DNA from: Thermoplasmatota archaeon
GTDB taxonomy: Archaea; Thermoplasmatota; Thermoplasmata; Lutacidiplasmatales; JAMCUS01
DNA: 64,000 nt
Reading direction: 5' to 3'
Assembly: GCA_023379385.1 (NCBI GenBank)
Contig: JAMCUS010000013.1
Span: forward strand, 19,770 to 83,769
The translations under genes were made by a program, and so were the position numbers. Under the pieces are notes generated by a model that made no database searches, had not been told where the DNA came from, and worked only from the letters and a program-made list of their open reading frames with translations. Shown here piece by piece: positions 1 through 9,476 of the stretch (positions are counted from its first letter, which is position 1; the number at the start of each line of letters is the position of its first letter).

Positions 1-1
1 A

Positions 2-832
2 GTTAAAAGACATTTAGAAAGAATAAAGGAAATAAAACCAAGAATCATTGTAGGGAAGATGTCTGGAGCAGTCGGAAGTGGGGCCGGTTGGCATGACTAC
101 TCCATAGAACTTGAAAGTGAAGTAATGAACTCACTGGGACTTGGACTGGATATAGGATCTACCCAGGTCATCTCCAGAGACAGGTACGCCGAATTTATAG
201 CACTGCTTGCACTCATAGCAACCTCCATGGAAAAATTCGCACTTGAAATGAGGCTACTGCAGCAAAGTGAAATAAATGAACTTCAGGAGCCATTTGAAGA
301 AAAGCAGGTGGGTAGTTCCACCATGGCGCAGAAAAGAAATCCCATTATATCCGAAAATATATGCTCAATAGCAAGGTTTGTAAGATCTTTTGTTATTACT
401 GAATATGAGAATATGCCTTTATGGCATGAACGGGACCTGTCCAACTCTGCCAACGAACGATTTATAATTCCGTATTCTATAATTTTGACTGATTACATTA
501 TATGGGAAACTGCAAAAATTTACAGTGAAGCAACTATAAACAGTGAAAACATGAAAGAAAATCTTTATAAATCTATAGAGGGAATAACTGCCGAAAATGT
601 TCTACTCTACCTTACAGATAAAGGTATGAATAGAGCAGAGGCACATGAGATCGTTAGATCTTTATATTTTAAATCACTGAAACTAAAAACAGGCTTCAAA
701 AATTTGCTTATAACTGAAGATATTATAACTGAAGAAGAATCCAAGAAACTATTTAATATTGATAAATATATAGCTTCATCAATAACAAGAACTAAATATA
801 TATTAAGTAATATTAAAAAAGGTGTTGTTTAA
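2..832 (+). CDS. purB: Adenylosuccinate lyase (5'-truncated by window edge)
   Basis: Frame is open from position 2; fumarase/ASL signature GSSTMAQKRNP; TQVISRDRYAE and WHERDLSNSANER motifs. Confidence 0.93.
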   Translation, partial: VKRHLERIKEIKPRIIVGKMSGAVGSGAGWHDYSIELESEVMNSLGLGLDIGSTQVISRDRYAEFIALLALIATSMEKFALEMRLLQQSEINELQEPFEEKQVGSSTMAQKRNPIISENICSIARFVRSFVITEYENMPLWHERDLSNSANERFIIPYSIILTDYIIWETAKIYSEATINSENMKENLYKSIEGITAENVLLYLTDKGMNRAEAHEIVRSLYFKSLKLKTGFKNLLITEDIITEEESKKLFNIDKYIASSITRTKYILSNIKKGVV

Positions 833-834
833 GA

Positions 835-1158
835 ATGGCTTTAGAATTGGTTACAATTGTATTGCTACTTGTTGTAATTGCCATATTTTATTGGGTATTA
901 TCCAACTATTTTAAGACACGGGCAGGCAGATATAAAACGAATCTATCCCCACCCAAAATGGATGAAGCACATAACTCTATAACGTGGTTAAAGGCATTCA
1001 TATCTAATATTTACCAAGACGGTATCTATACAGATAATGGTTACGAAAAGGCAACACAACTTCTTGCAGAAGCAGAGAAGGCGTACGGCGAAAGGAATTA
1101 TACGCTAGCTATTGATCTTGTGAACAAAGGCAAAGAGGCATTGCTCAAAAAAAACTAA
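835..1158 (+). CDS. Hypothetical protein with N-terminal transmembrane helix
   Basis: 107-aa ORF 2 nt after the purB stop, GGTG RBS, hydrophobic N-terminus. Confidence 0.7.
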   Translation: MALELVTIVLLLVVIAIFYWVLSNYFKTRAGRYKTNLSPPKMDEAHNSITWLKAFISNIYQDGIYTDNGYEKATQLLAEAEKAYGERNYTLAIDLVNKGKEALLKKN

Positions 1159-1658
1159 TTTTTATGTTTTGATACAATTACCTGTGCCGGTTTTATAAGC
1201 ACTCCATTTATTTTATACCCCTTTCTTATAACCTCTAACACCACATTGTCTGGATTTTTGTCATCTTCTTTTTCCATAAGCACTTCAGAAGATAGGGGAT
1301 CAAATTGACTGTTGATGGGGTTTACAACCTCTAAACCGATCTCATTTAATGTTTTATTGAGGGCTGTTATTATCATACTCAATCCTTTTTTTCTATCATC
1401 AGTAAGCACTTTATTAAGGTCATTGAATGCTGCCTCTATTGATTCTAAAACAGGCAAAAGAGATTTTATGACTTTTACAGAACCATTGAGAAATGATTCT
1501 TCAAGTTCCTTTTTATTCCTTTTTCTAAAATTATCAAATTCCGCCATAAGGTAGAGATACTTTTTTTTCCAGTCTTCTTCCTCAGTGGCCTCCTTTATAA
1601 CCGTTTCTACAGGTATGGGTGGCCATCCACCAAAGGAATCCGAATCATTATTAACCAT
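1155..1658 (-). CDS. grpE: Nucleotide exchange factor GrpE
   Basis: YLYLMAEFDNFRKR, FDP, VIRKGYKINGVLIKPAQVIV motifs; start placed at ATG 1658 after a GGTG RBS. Confidence 0.93.
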   Translation of the reverse strand: MVNNDSDSFGGWPPIPVETVIKEATEEEDWKKKYLYLMAEFDNFRKRNKKELEESFLNGSVKVIKSLLPVLESIEAAFNDLNKVLTDDRKKGLSMIITALNKTLNEIGLEVVNPINSQFDPLSSEVLMEKEDDKNPDNVVLEVIRKGYKINGVLIKPAQVIVSKHKN

Positions 1659-1869
1659 AAAACGATACACCTATTCAACAGTATTAAAAAGACAACATCA
1701 AATTTTAACTTTACGGTTGTCTCTATGCTGGACATAGACCGTTAGGTAGCATTATATGAAATACAATGTATCTCAACGACAGCATTTCCCACAACTGTTG
1801 AAAAGACGTACTGAAGATACGCTGAAAATAACGATAAACCGGATAGTGCTGTGTACTATCTCTACAGGC

Positions 1870-2403
1870 TGAGTGTATATTAAAATCTCTGTTTTGCAGC
1901 CCTTCATTGCGGCTCTTAGTCAGTCATAAGAGCCGCAAAGGAGGTAGATTAAATGTATAAACGAAAATGAACCCATCAATGAATATTATAATTCAATCAA
2001 GAAAAGGAAGGGGTCAGGTAGGTTTGCACATGTATCCACAATGCGCAAACTCACGAGAATGATATACAAAATGCTAACAGAGAGAGAGGAGTAGAAATAT
2101 CAAAGTCCTGTACTGACAGAGAAGAAGCTGTCAAAGCTTGAGGAGGAATGAACTAATCCGGATAAACAGGTCAACGAAACCTGCTGCATGGCTATCTATT
2201 ACATGAGTCAGATTTCTGAACTCTTAGTGCTGAATGCCAGCATCTGTCTTCGCTGTATTGTCAGATTGCATCTACGAATGCTTATGCGTGTTTGCGAAAA
2301 GGCAGAAAAAACAGGTTTCGCCCTGAACCATAGGATAGGATCATAAGGATGGAGGTGCTAACTATGTAACAGTGAAGGGCTGACCTTAGATTTTACATGC
2401 GTG
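1870..2403 (+). mobile_element. Non-autonomous IS110-family (IS1111-type) deletion derivative, copy 1
   Basis: Near-identical to 58234..58766; subterminal IRs TAAAATCT..CAGCCCTTCA / TGAAGGGCTG..AGATTTTA; RBS GGAGGT and ATG TAT joined out of frame to a transposase C-terminus (KRKGSGRFAHVSTMRKLTRMIYKML); TG at both ends. Confidence 0.85.
2175..2320 (+). ncRNA. Putative bridge/seek RNA of the IS110-derived element (copy 1)
   Basis: Closing stem CGAAACCTG/CAGGTTTCG encloses two stem-internal-loop-stem arms; loop sequences ATGCGTG and GTCA match the element end junction, TTACA and GCTG match the target. Confidence 0.65.
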
Positions 2404-2541
2404 TAATCTATCCGCATAACTAAAAAAAACCTGAATAGGTCAGGGGTACGGATTAGCAATGAACGAAAATGAGGTTGCAGACACATCGTAAACTCCAAGC
2501 AAAGTGTGTCAAGCAATAAAACAATACCAGAACCAGAAAGG

Positions 2542-2642
2542 GAACGGGACAGAGGGTAGAGGGTTGTACCAAAAAAGTTTGAGCATCAGACAGATAATGA
2601 CATCCAGAGGTGGTTGTTAATGTGGTTAACAAAAATCATAAC
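2542..2642 (+). pseudogene. tnpB: 3'-end remnant of IS200/IS605 tnpB with right end
   Basis: Translates GTEGRGLYQKSLSIRQIMTSRGGC*, matching the C-terminus GIEGTGLYPRSLSIKQMITSKGGC* of 61174..62424; similarity ends at a shared ATCATAAC. Confidence 0.8.
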
Positions 2643-2686
2643 ACAGGGGTACTTAATTACAAAAAAGGTATGTTAAACTATTCTTA

Positions 2687-3187
2687 TCACAAAGGTTCTA
2701 TCTTTCCAATCTTATGCCCTTTTACATCAAGTTTGGTAGAACGTTTAGATATTCCTTTAACCATTGTTTTAGAAATATTAAGATCTTTAGCTATATCAGT
2801 ATAAAATTTCCATGTATCACCTACATAATCTTCAATTTTCTTTTCCAGTTTAATAAAATCTTTATCAGGCATGGATATTGTTGCCATGATATCTGTAATA
2901 TCCATAATAGGTGTGGTTATATTCACCTGAAAAGCTTCAAAAAAGGTATGATATGCCTTCTCAGATACATTTTCTGAATTGGTTTGCCATCTGCTTTCTA
3001 CCAGTTTCAGTTTATCCAGCAAATAAAGTGCTTCAAGGCCCTTCTCATTATACTTTTTCTTTATCTGTGTAGGCGTTAACCAATCAGTAGTAAGATCCTG
3101 AAATACCCTTTTTTTTTCTTCTGTGTTTACGGCATGGATAATGATCACCAGATCAACAGGATCAGTAATAACCTTAATTCTAGTCAT
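2687..3187 (-). CDS. Archaeal ArsR-like HTH transcriptional regulator
   Basis: 166 aa; ITDPVDLV..LDKLKLVESRW..EKAYHT pattern typical of conserved archaeal wHTH proteins. Confidence 0.65.
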   Translation of the reverse strand: MTRIKVITDPVDLVIIIHAVNTEEKKRVFQDLTTDWLTPTQIKKKYNEKGLEALYLLDKLKLVESRWQTNSENVSEKAYHTFFEAFQVNITTPIMDITDIMATISMPDKDFIKLEKKIEDYVGDTWKFYTDIAKDLNISKTMVKGISKRSTKLDVKGHKIGKIEPL

Positions 3188-3316
3188 TTATATACCATAA
3201 TGCATACTATATACTTAAAATTGATTGCAACAAGTATGCTAACAAACCGTCTATTTCAAATTATTGTGAGTGATAAATAATTGAAATGCATCCATTTTAT
3301 AGAACGTTAGGGGTAT

Positions 3317-3876
3317 GGGGGAAGCTATAATACTCCGACGCTTTAGCTAGGAGATACATGGACTTCCCCCATCATCCTTAACATAACTATAACTATAACT
3401 ATATATATATGAAACGCATATATATATGTCTATCTATGATACGTACATCAATACAGACGGTATCCAAATAAGTAGTCTTTGAAGATTTAAATGTTCAGGG
3501 AATGGTTCAGAATCACAATCTAGCAAAGAGTATATCAGACTCCTCCTGGAGCAAACTGATAGACATGTGTGTTTACAAAGCCGAAAATGCTGGTAAATAC
3601 ATAGAGTTTGTAAATCCAAGAGGTACAAGTCAGTTATGCTCACGTTGCGGAGCAGTTGTAAAGAAGGACTTATCCGTAAGAATCCATAGTTGTAATAACT
3701 GTGGATTAGTAATGGATCGGGATCTTAACGCTGCTCTGAACATAAGAGGGAGGTACATACGGCATGTGTGAAACTCTGTAAAAACGTCTGCGGATGCTCT
3801 GACCCCTACTCAGACAGCCGAGCAAGTCGGAAGTATGAAGCAGGAAGCTCCGATACTTTAGCATGGAGTAGTTCAT
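3317..3876 (+). mobile_element. Internally deleted IS200/IS605 element with truncated tnpB (3502..3771)
   Basis: Paired end hairpins CTCCGACGCTTTAGCTAGGAG and CTCCGATACTTTAGCATGGAG, terminal GTTCAT; ORF holds only the TnpB C-terminus (TSQLCSRCG..HSCNNCGLVMDRDLNAALNI). Confidence 0.85.
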
Positions 3877-3896
3877 TTAGCACTTAATAAATTTGT

Positions 3897-6800
3897 ATGA
3901 TATTGGTGAAATTTATGTTTAAAGACACTGTAAAAAATTTATATTTACATAAATGGTGTTTAGCGACGATTTTCGTAATATTCCTATTTCTGGCGTCCCC
4001 TTTCACTGCTGTTGCATCAAATGGCCATTCTGTGCGAACGAATAATCTAACTGGCAGTTTAATAAAAAACGGAAATGGGCTGTATACTGTGGATCAATCA
4101 ATCTCAAATAACAAAATGGTGCAGCTACCATATAGAATCCACAACACAGATAACGCCAGAACAACGGGGCCATATACAGGCATGATGACCGTTATGGTCT
4201 CATTTAAACTCTCCAACAGAACGGAACTCAATCAATACTTAACAAATTTATCAGAGTTTAACAATCCGGAATACCATCATTACATGAGCAGAGCAGATTT
4301 TACAGCGAAATTCTCACCCTCTGAAACATTATATTCAAATGCTGTCAACTACTTTTCTAAATTTCCCAGTACCAGAGTTACCACATTTTCGGATAGAGTA
4401 TCCATAGTGATAAAAGCACCGTCAAGAGTTATAGAAAAGATCTTCAATGTGAGCATAGAAAACTATAGAATGAATAACATTGAATTTTACTCTACAGATA
4501 ATAAACCAGCACTGCCTTCGTATATAGGCCAATCCATTGATTACATATCCGGATTGAGCAACCAATCGTCTATACAACTGAATTCATATCCTGCAGGAGG
4601 TATGAGACGATTTAACGAGAAACAGTTATTAAAAAGTAATAATATTATAACATCAGGTGGTTTTCCGCAACCGGTTACATCGGGTGGAGTTCAAAATATA
4701 TACGGATCGGATCTTCAGGTTGCATACGACGAGCAGACGTTACTCAACACAACATATCCAACGAATGAGGTAATAGCAACAATACTGTGGTCAGGAAGTA
4801 ACAGCAGCGGTACACCTGTAGGTCCGTTTTATCCATCGGATATATACGCATATTACAATGCAACACTTCCATCATACGAACCGCATGCAAAGGTATACGG
4901 GGTACCAATAAACGGTGCACCCGAGCCTGGTGTATCCGCAACTTACGACGCTACAGGAGCAAATGGAGAGAACACACTGGATCTGGAAATGGTGGGAAGC
5001 ACAGCACCGGGTGCAAGCGTATTCAATGTATACGGTCCAAATGCCACAATTACGAATCTAAATGAAGCTTTTGCATATATACTCAATCCGAACGCATCAT
5101 TTCCACAGCTCAATAAGGTATCTGTTATAACGAATTCATGGGGAGGGCCTGAATACAATAATACGGTATGGTACACATATCTGCAGGAGGCACAGGCGAG
5201 GGGTATAACAGTACTTGCAAGCAGTGGTGACTCAGGAGACAATCCATCAAGCAGCAAGTACACACCGAATCCAAACTATCCTAGTGATTACGTACAGTTT
5301 CCGTCAGCCATGGCGTACAACAGCTTTGGAGTTACGGCGGTGGGAGGGACTACCCTCACACTATCATCAAATTTACAGATATTCAACCAGACGGCGTGGT
5401 ATATATCAGCCAGCGATAGTGCAGACGGAGGTCCTGCAGGAAGCACAGGAGGTATAAGCCAGGTATTTCCGGAGCCAGTATGGCAACTGAATACAGAAGC
5501 CAATAATACATTGCAGGGACATGGCAGAGGTGTTCCTGATATTGCTGCCATCGGGAACAATACTATAATATATATATCTATAAATGGAAGTGGTAAGGGG
5601 ATAGCAGAAGGGGGAACAAGCGTAGCATCGCCCGTGGAAGCGGGTATTGTAGCAGAAATGGATGCTATACTTAACTTAAATGCACAACCAAACCTAGGAT
5701 ATCTCAATCCGCTGATTTATCCGTTGGCCAATCAGCAGGTAGCACCACAGACCACTACATCAACAACAGGTTTTTATCAGACAGGTGTGTATAACTCTAC
5801 CCTGCCAACCCTTCCGTTCTACAATGTGATGTACGGAAGAAATCATGTATACAATGCATACTATGGCTATAACCTTGTTACGGGGTGGGGATCGATAGAT
5901 GCATACAACTTCACAATGTATGTACTGAATGTGAATTATAACAACAGCATAGGCGCTTTATCCGGGGTAATGAATCAGTTGAATTTAACAGCACTTAATG
6001 TGACATCATATTATCCGAATGGAACCGTAAATATAAACTTCAATGCATCAATACAGCAGAACTTTTTCATAGCGAATAGCATGGGTATGCCGATATACTG
6101 GATACAGAATGTGATTTATATATACGGTACACCTGCAAAAGGATATAATATGTGGTATACGGGCTGGGTGGTGTACCCATTTTACTGGCTATATCCATCT
6201 GACGTAATATATGAATATAACTTTCCTGCCGGAAAGTTAGTTACTTTACCCCATAGCTTCAGGATAGCTTCATGGTTATCCAATCTTAATACGTTTAATA
6301 AGCAGACGATGAATTTTGAGGTGAATTCGCAGGTAATAACCCTGCTAGTTCCTGGATCCTCATATATAATTGGATTATTGAATTATAGTTATCTCTGGCA
6401 GGGATCTGTAATATCTAACGGGCCCTACCCAAACAATCCATATCCAGGTGGACTTGCACCGCAATTTGGAGTAGTTGGAGGGCCATCCCTTGGAAATGGA
6501 AATTTTTATGTGCCTACATATGGAAATATGACACCATACCTGATGCCAATGGGGTCAAGCCAGTTTACAAAAGCCCCCTCAATGACATATAGCTACAGCG
6601 TAGATCAAACAGGAGAAAGCGCGACCAATCTGGCATGGGTAAAACAGAGCAATGGTGCGTGGAATATAACGACCTCTGCAGGAAGTACAGAACAGGGTGT
6701 ATTATCATACATATCACAAACCGATTACAAAGTAACGTTTACAGAGAGTGGATTACCGGCAGGTACTATATGGTATGTGAACATAACAGGTGGTAAATCA

Positions 6801-7883
6801 TATTCATCAACAACAGGAACAATAACATTTAGTGAGCCGAATGGGACGTACACATACACAGTAGCGTCAGAAGATAAAGCATACTCACCGAATCCTGCAA
6901 CAGGATCTTTTACAGTAAACGGAGTGAATACATCTAAATCCATTACCTTTTCATTATTATCATCTGCGTATACTGCAACGTTTACAGATAGCAGATTGCC
7001 ATCCGGTACTAAATGGTATGTAAATATAACCGGCGGTGCATCATATTCATCCGCAACCACCACGATAACATTTACAGAGCTGAATGGGACATACACATAC
7101 ACAGTAGCGACAGGAGATAAAGCGTACTCACCTAACCCTGCAACAGGATCTTTTACAGTAAACGGAGCGAATGTTAGCCGAACAATATCATTTAATTTGG
7201 TAACGTATAGCGTAACGCTTACAGAGAGTGGATTGCCACCGGGCACTAACTGGAGTGTAACGCTGAATGGAGTGACAGAGCAATCTACAGCATCAAGCAT
7301 CGTATTTACAGAGCCCAATGGTACCTACGCGTATACAGTAAGCAATGTATCTGTATATTCAGCAACACCATCACCCGGCAGTGTAACTGTAAATGGTAAG
7401 AATGCGTCTGTATCTGTAATATTCAAGCAGGTTATGTATAGCGTAACGCTTACAGAGAGTGGATTGCCACTGGGCACTAACTGGAGTGTAACGCTGAATG
7501 GAGTGACAGAGCATTCTACAGCATCAAGCATCGTATTTACAGAGCCCAATGGTACCTATGCGTACTTTATAGGATATGTGACAGGATATGCAACCTCATT
7601 TGTATCCGGTAGCGTAACGGTAAATGGAAAAGCAGTTACACTAACAATATCATTCACATCTACCAGTACATCTACCAACACGCCTACGGCAGTGTCATCA
7701 TATGTGTACTATATTATTATTGTGGTAGTAATAATAATTGTTGTTATTGCAGCAATTATACTCATGAAAAAGAAAGGCAAGTCATCAGGTGCTAGCATGG
7801 GTGCAAACAATGCAAGTTATACACAAAGCACAATGCAAAATGGAATGGGAGGAGGACAATTTCCACCACAGCCACCAGTATAA
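3897..7883 (+). CDS. Membrane-anchored sedolisin (S53) protease fused to a thermopsin-like domain and surface repeats
   Basis: Signal peptide, pro-kumamolisin-like domain, ENTLDLE, SGDSG, GVPDIAA, GGTSVASP, YNLVTGWGS; ASIQQN..YWIQNV thermopsin-like motif; four FTESGLP-type repeats; C-terminal TM helix. Confidence 0.88.
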   Translation: MILVKFMFKDTVKNLYLHKWCLATIFVIFLFLASPFTAVASNGHSVRTNNLTGSLIKNGNGLYTVDQSISNNKMVQLPYRIHNTDNARTTGPYTGMMTVMVSFKLSNRTELNQYLTNLSEFNNPEYHHYMSRADFTAKFSPSETLYSNAVNYFSKFPSTRVTTFSDRVSIVIKAPSRVIEKIFNVSIENYRMNNIEFYSTDNKPALPSYIGQSIDYISGLSNQSSIQLNSYPAGGMRRFNEKQLLKSNNIITSGGFPQPVTSGGVQNIYGSDLQVAYDEQTLLNTTYPTNEVIATILWSGSNSSGTPVGPFYPSDIYAYYNATLPSYEPHAKVYGVPINGAPEPGVSATYDATGANGENTLDLEMVGSTAPGASVFNVYGPNATITNLNEAFAYILNPNASFPQLNKVSVITNSWGGPEYNNTVWYTYLQEAQARGITVLASSGDSGDNPSSSKYTPNPNYPSDYVQFPSAMAYNSFGVTAVGGTTLTLSSNLQIFNQTAWYISASDSADGGPAGSTGGISQVFPEPVWQLNTEANNTLQGHGRGVPDIAAIGNNTIIYISINGSGKGIAEGGTSVASPVEAGIVAEMDAILNLNAQPNLGYLNPLIYPLANQQVAPQTTTSTTGFYQTGVYNSTLPTLPFYNVMYGRNHVYNAYYGYNLVTGWGSIDAYNFTMYVLNVNYNNSIGALSGVMNQLNLTALNVTSYYPNGTVNINFNASIQQNFFIANSMGMPIYWIQNVIYIYGTPAKGYNMWYTGWVVYPFYWLYPSDVIYEYNFPAGKLVTLPHSFRIASWLSNLNTFNKQTMNFEVNSQVITLLVPGSSYIIGLLNYSYLWQGSVISNGPYPNNPYPGGLAPQFGVVGGPSLGNGNFYVPTYGNMTPYLMPMGSSQFTKAPSMTYSYSVDQTGESATNLAWVKQSNGAWNITTSAGSTEQGVLSYISQTDYKVTFTESGLPAGTIWYVNITGGKSYSSTTGTITFSEPNGTYTYTVASEDKAYSPNPATGSFTVNGVNTSKSITFSLLSSAYTATFTDSRLPSGTKWYVNITGGASYSSATTTITFTELNGTYTYTVATGDKAYSPNPATGSFTVNGANVSRTISFNLVTYSVTLTESGLPPGTNWSVTLNGVTEQSTASSIVFTEPNGTYAYTVSNVSVYSATPSPGSVTVNGKNASVSVIFKQVMYSVTLTESGLPLGTNWSVTLNGVTEHSTASSIVFTEPNGTYAYFIGYVTGYATSFVSGSVTVNGKAVTLTISFTSTSTSTNTPTAVSSYVYYIIIVVVIIIVVIAAIILMKKKGKSSGASMGANNASYTQSTMQNGMGGGQFPPQPPV
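6727..7660 (+). repeat. Four intragenic ~77-81-codon surface-module repeats (two closely related pairs)
   Basis: 243-bp offset between units 1 and 2; 231-bp offset with a ~120-bp near-identical block between units 3 and 4. Confidence 0.85.
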
Positions 7884-7983
7884 CCCAATATGTAAAGGCA
7901 AAAGTTATAACATTTATTTTATATAGTAAAATTAAAAGTAAAATATATATACAAATAATACATTGAAGGTTTAGTGATTTAAA

Positions 7984-8517
7984 ATGTCGTCAACATTTGT
8001 ACCGCCTCCAAGTGGACCTAACCAGAATATGGCTCCACCTGCGGGAGGTCAACCAGGATTTGGATCGTTTCAACCACAACCGCTAGGTGTGGGTATGTAT
8101 GGAATGCCTCAGCAATTGCAACCGATTCCCAGTAAACCACTGGGAGAAAGGGTATTTGGAGACACTGTAGGATTCATATGGTATCTATTCTTCTTTGTAT
8201 GTATGGTGGTAGCAAGTATAATAATTCCAGTTAGCCTTATACCTGTCAATGTTACTGTGAATCATATTACATACAGAAGTGTATTATCCATAGATGGTTT
8301 CTATGTGGGGCTGGTGATACTGTTATTAGGGTTCAGTTTTCTTATATTCTACATGTTTGGTTCTGCTATATACAGAATTGAGCAACAGATGGATTTTAGA
8401 AAATCTCTAATGAGAACAGCTACTATAGTACTTATTCTCTCAATTGCAATGTTGATTGTCTATATCTTGGTATCTGGGTCTACAATCAGTATAGCTCTTA
8501 CACAGGCATTGCCATAA
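7984..8517 (+). CDS. Membrane protein with Pro/Gly/Gln-rich N-terminus
   Basis: Low-complexity first ~55 aa followed by three hydrophobic segments. Confidence 0.75.
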   Translation: MSSTFVPPPSGPNQNMAPPAGGQPGFGSFQPQPLGVGMYGMPQQLQPIPSKPLGERVFGDTVGFIWYLFFFVCMVVASIIIPVSLIPVNVTVNHITYRSVLSIDGFYVGLVILLLGFSFLIFYMFGSAIYRIEQQMDFRKSLMRTATIVLILSIAMLIVYILVSGSTISIALTQALP

Positions 8518-8570
8518 CCTTTTTATTATAATATTTGTAATTATTTCGTTCTTTTGTGAGGGTTCGATAT

Positions 8571-9476
8571 ATGAGTGAGATTTGTCCATACTGCCACGCA
8601 CCTGTTCAGGATAACACTTCAAAGTGTACCTACTGTTTAAAGCCAATAGATAGATGTATTTTATGTCATGCACCCATTGTACCTGAATCCACCGTATGTA
8701 GCCTTTGCGGAGGTTTTCCACTGCCCGAACCCAGGCTAAATATGAATGTATGGGTGGAAGGCGGTGTGTACCTTGATGAGTATGGTGTAATAATGGTTCA
8801 CCTCTCAAATACAGGCAATAATCCTACCAGTGTTTCTATACATATTGCTGCTGATAAAGGTATTGATCCTATCAAATTTGACGATAATATTGAAAGTCTG
8901 CATCCGGGTATGGGTGTAGAGAGAAGCTATAAATTCAAAATTACTGAAATTACCAGAATCACATTCAAGGATATAACCGCTACATACATCCATAGAGACG
9001 GCGGAAAGGATACATTGAAATTGCAGCCATTTACATTCGAATCGTATGGTAGACCTGTAGTAAATATTGATTTTAATAAAAAGGAAGTGGATCTAAAACT
9101 TGGTGAAGTGAATAAGATTTATTTTAATGTATTGAATAACGGAACTGAGAAAGTAGGCAAAATGAATATATTTATTAATATATCCCCATCCATAGAGGTA
9201 ACAAATAAAGAACTTATAGTAACAGATATAGATATTGGTGATATGCGAACAGGTTTTTTTGAATTAAAACCGTTATTTACAGGCAAATATCTGTGTGAAT
9301 ACGCTGCTACATACACAGGAGATTTAAATAAACCAGTTAGTTCAAATATATTTCAGCATCCATCTGTTAACATTTTACTTATTGTTAACGATACACGTAA
9401 CCTGGAATCTGTTTCAGATGTAAAACCATCCAGGAAAAGAAAAAAGGATTCAGAGGTGGTTAAAAATGGTACATAG
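8571..9476 (+). CDS. Multi-zinc-ribbon protein with Ig/CARDB-like beta domains
   Basis: Four CxxC pairs at the N-terminus; LSNTG and VLNNG beta-sandwich motifs; start placed at ATG 8571. Confidence 0.7.
   Translation: MSEICPYCHAPVQDNTSKCTYCLKPIDRCILCHAPIVPESTVCSLCGGFPLPEPRLNMNVWVEGGVYLDEYGVIMVHLSNTGNNPTSVSIHIAADKGIDPIKFDDNIESLHPGMGVERSYKFKITEITRITFKDITATYIHRDGGKDTLKLQPFTFESYGRPVVNIDFNKKEVDLKLGEVNKIYFNVLNNGTEKVGKMNIFINISPSIEVTNKELIVTDIDIGDMRTGFFELKPLFTGKYLCEYAATYTGDLNKPVSSNIFQHPSVNILLIVNDTRNLESVSDVKPSRKRKKDSEVVKNGT

Noticed and set aside
2092-2094. In-frame TAG in the transposase remnant as a recoding (pyrrolysine) site
   Set aside because: Copy 2 has TGG at the same position, so this is pseudogene decay
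3378-3428. TAACTA tandem and (AT)n palindrome
   Set aside because: Low-complexity sequence inside the IS605 remnant with no independent evidence of function
4744-7549. Short ORFs overlapping long genes (here and throughout the ORF track)
   Set aside because: Antisense or off-frame shadows of well-supported genes, without their own RBS or motifs
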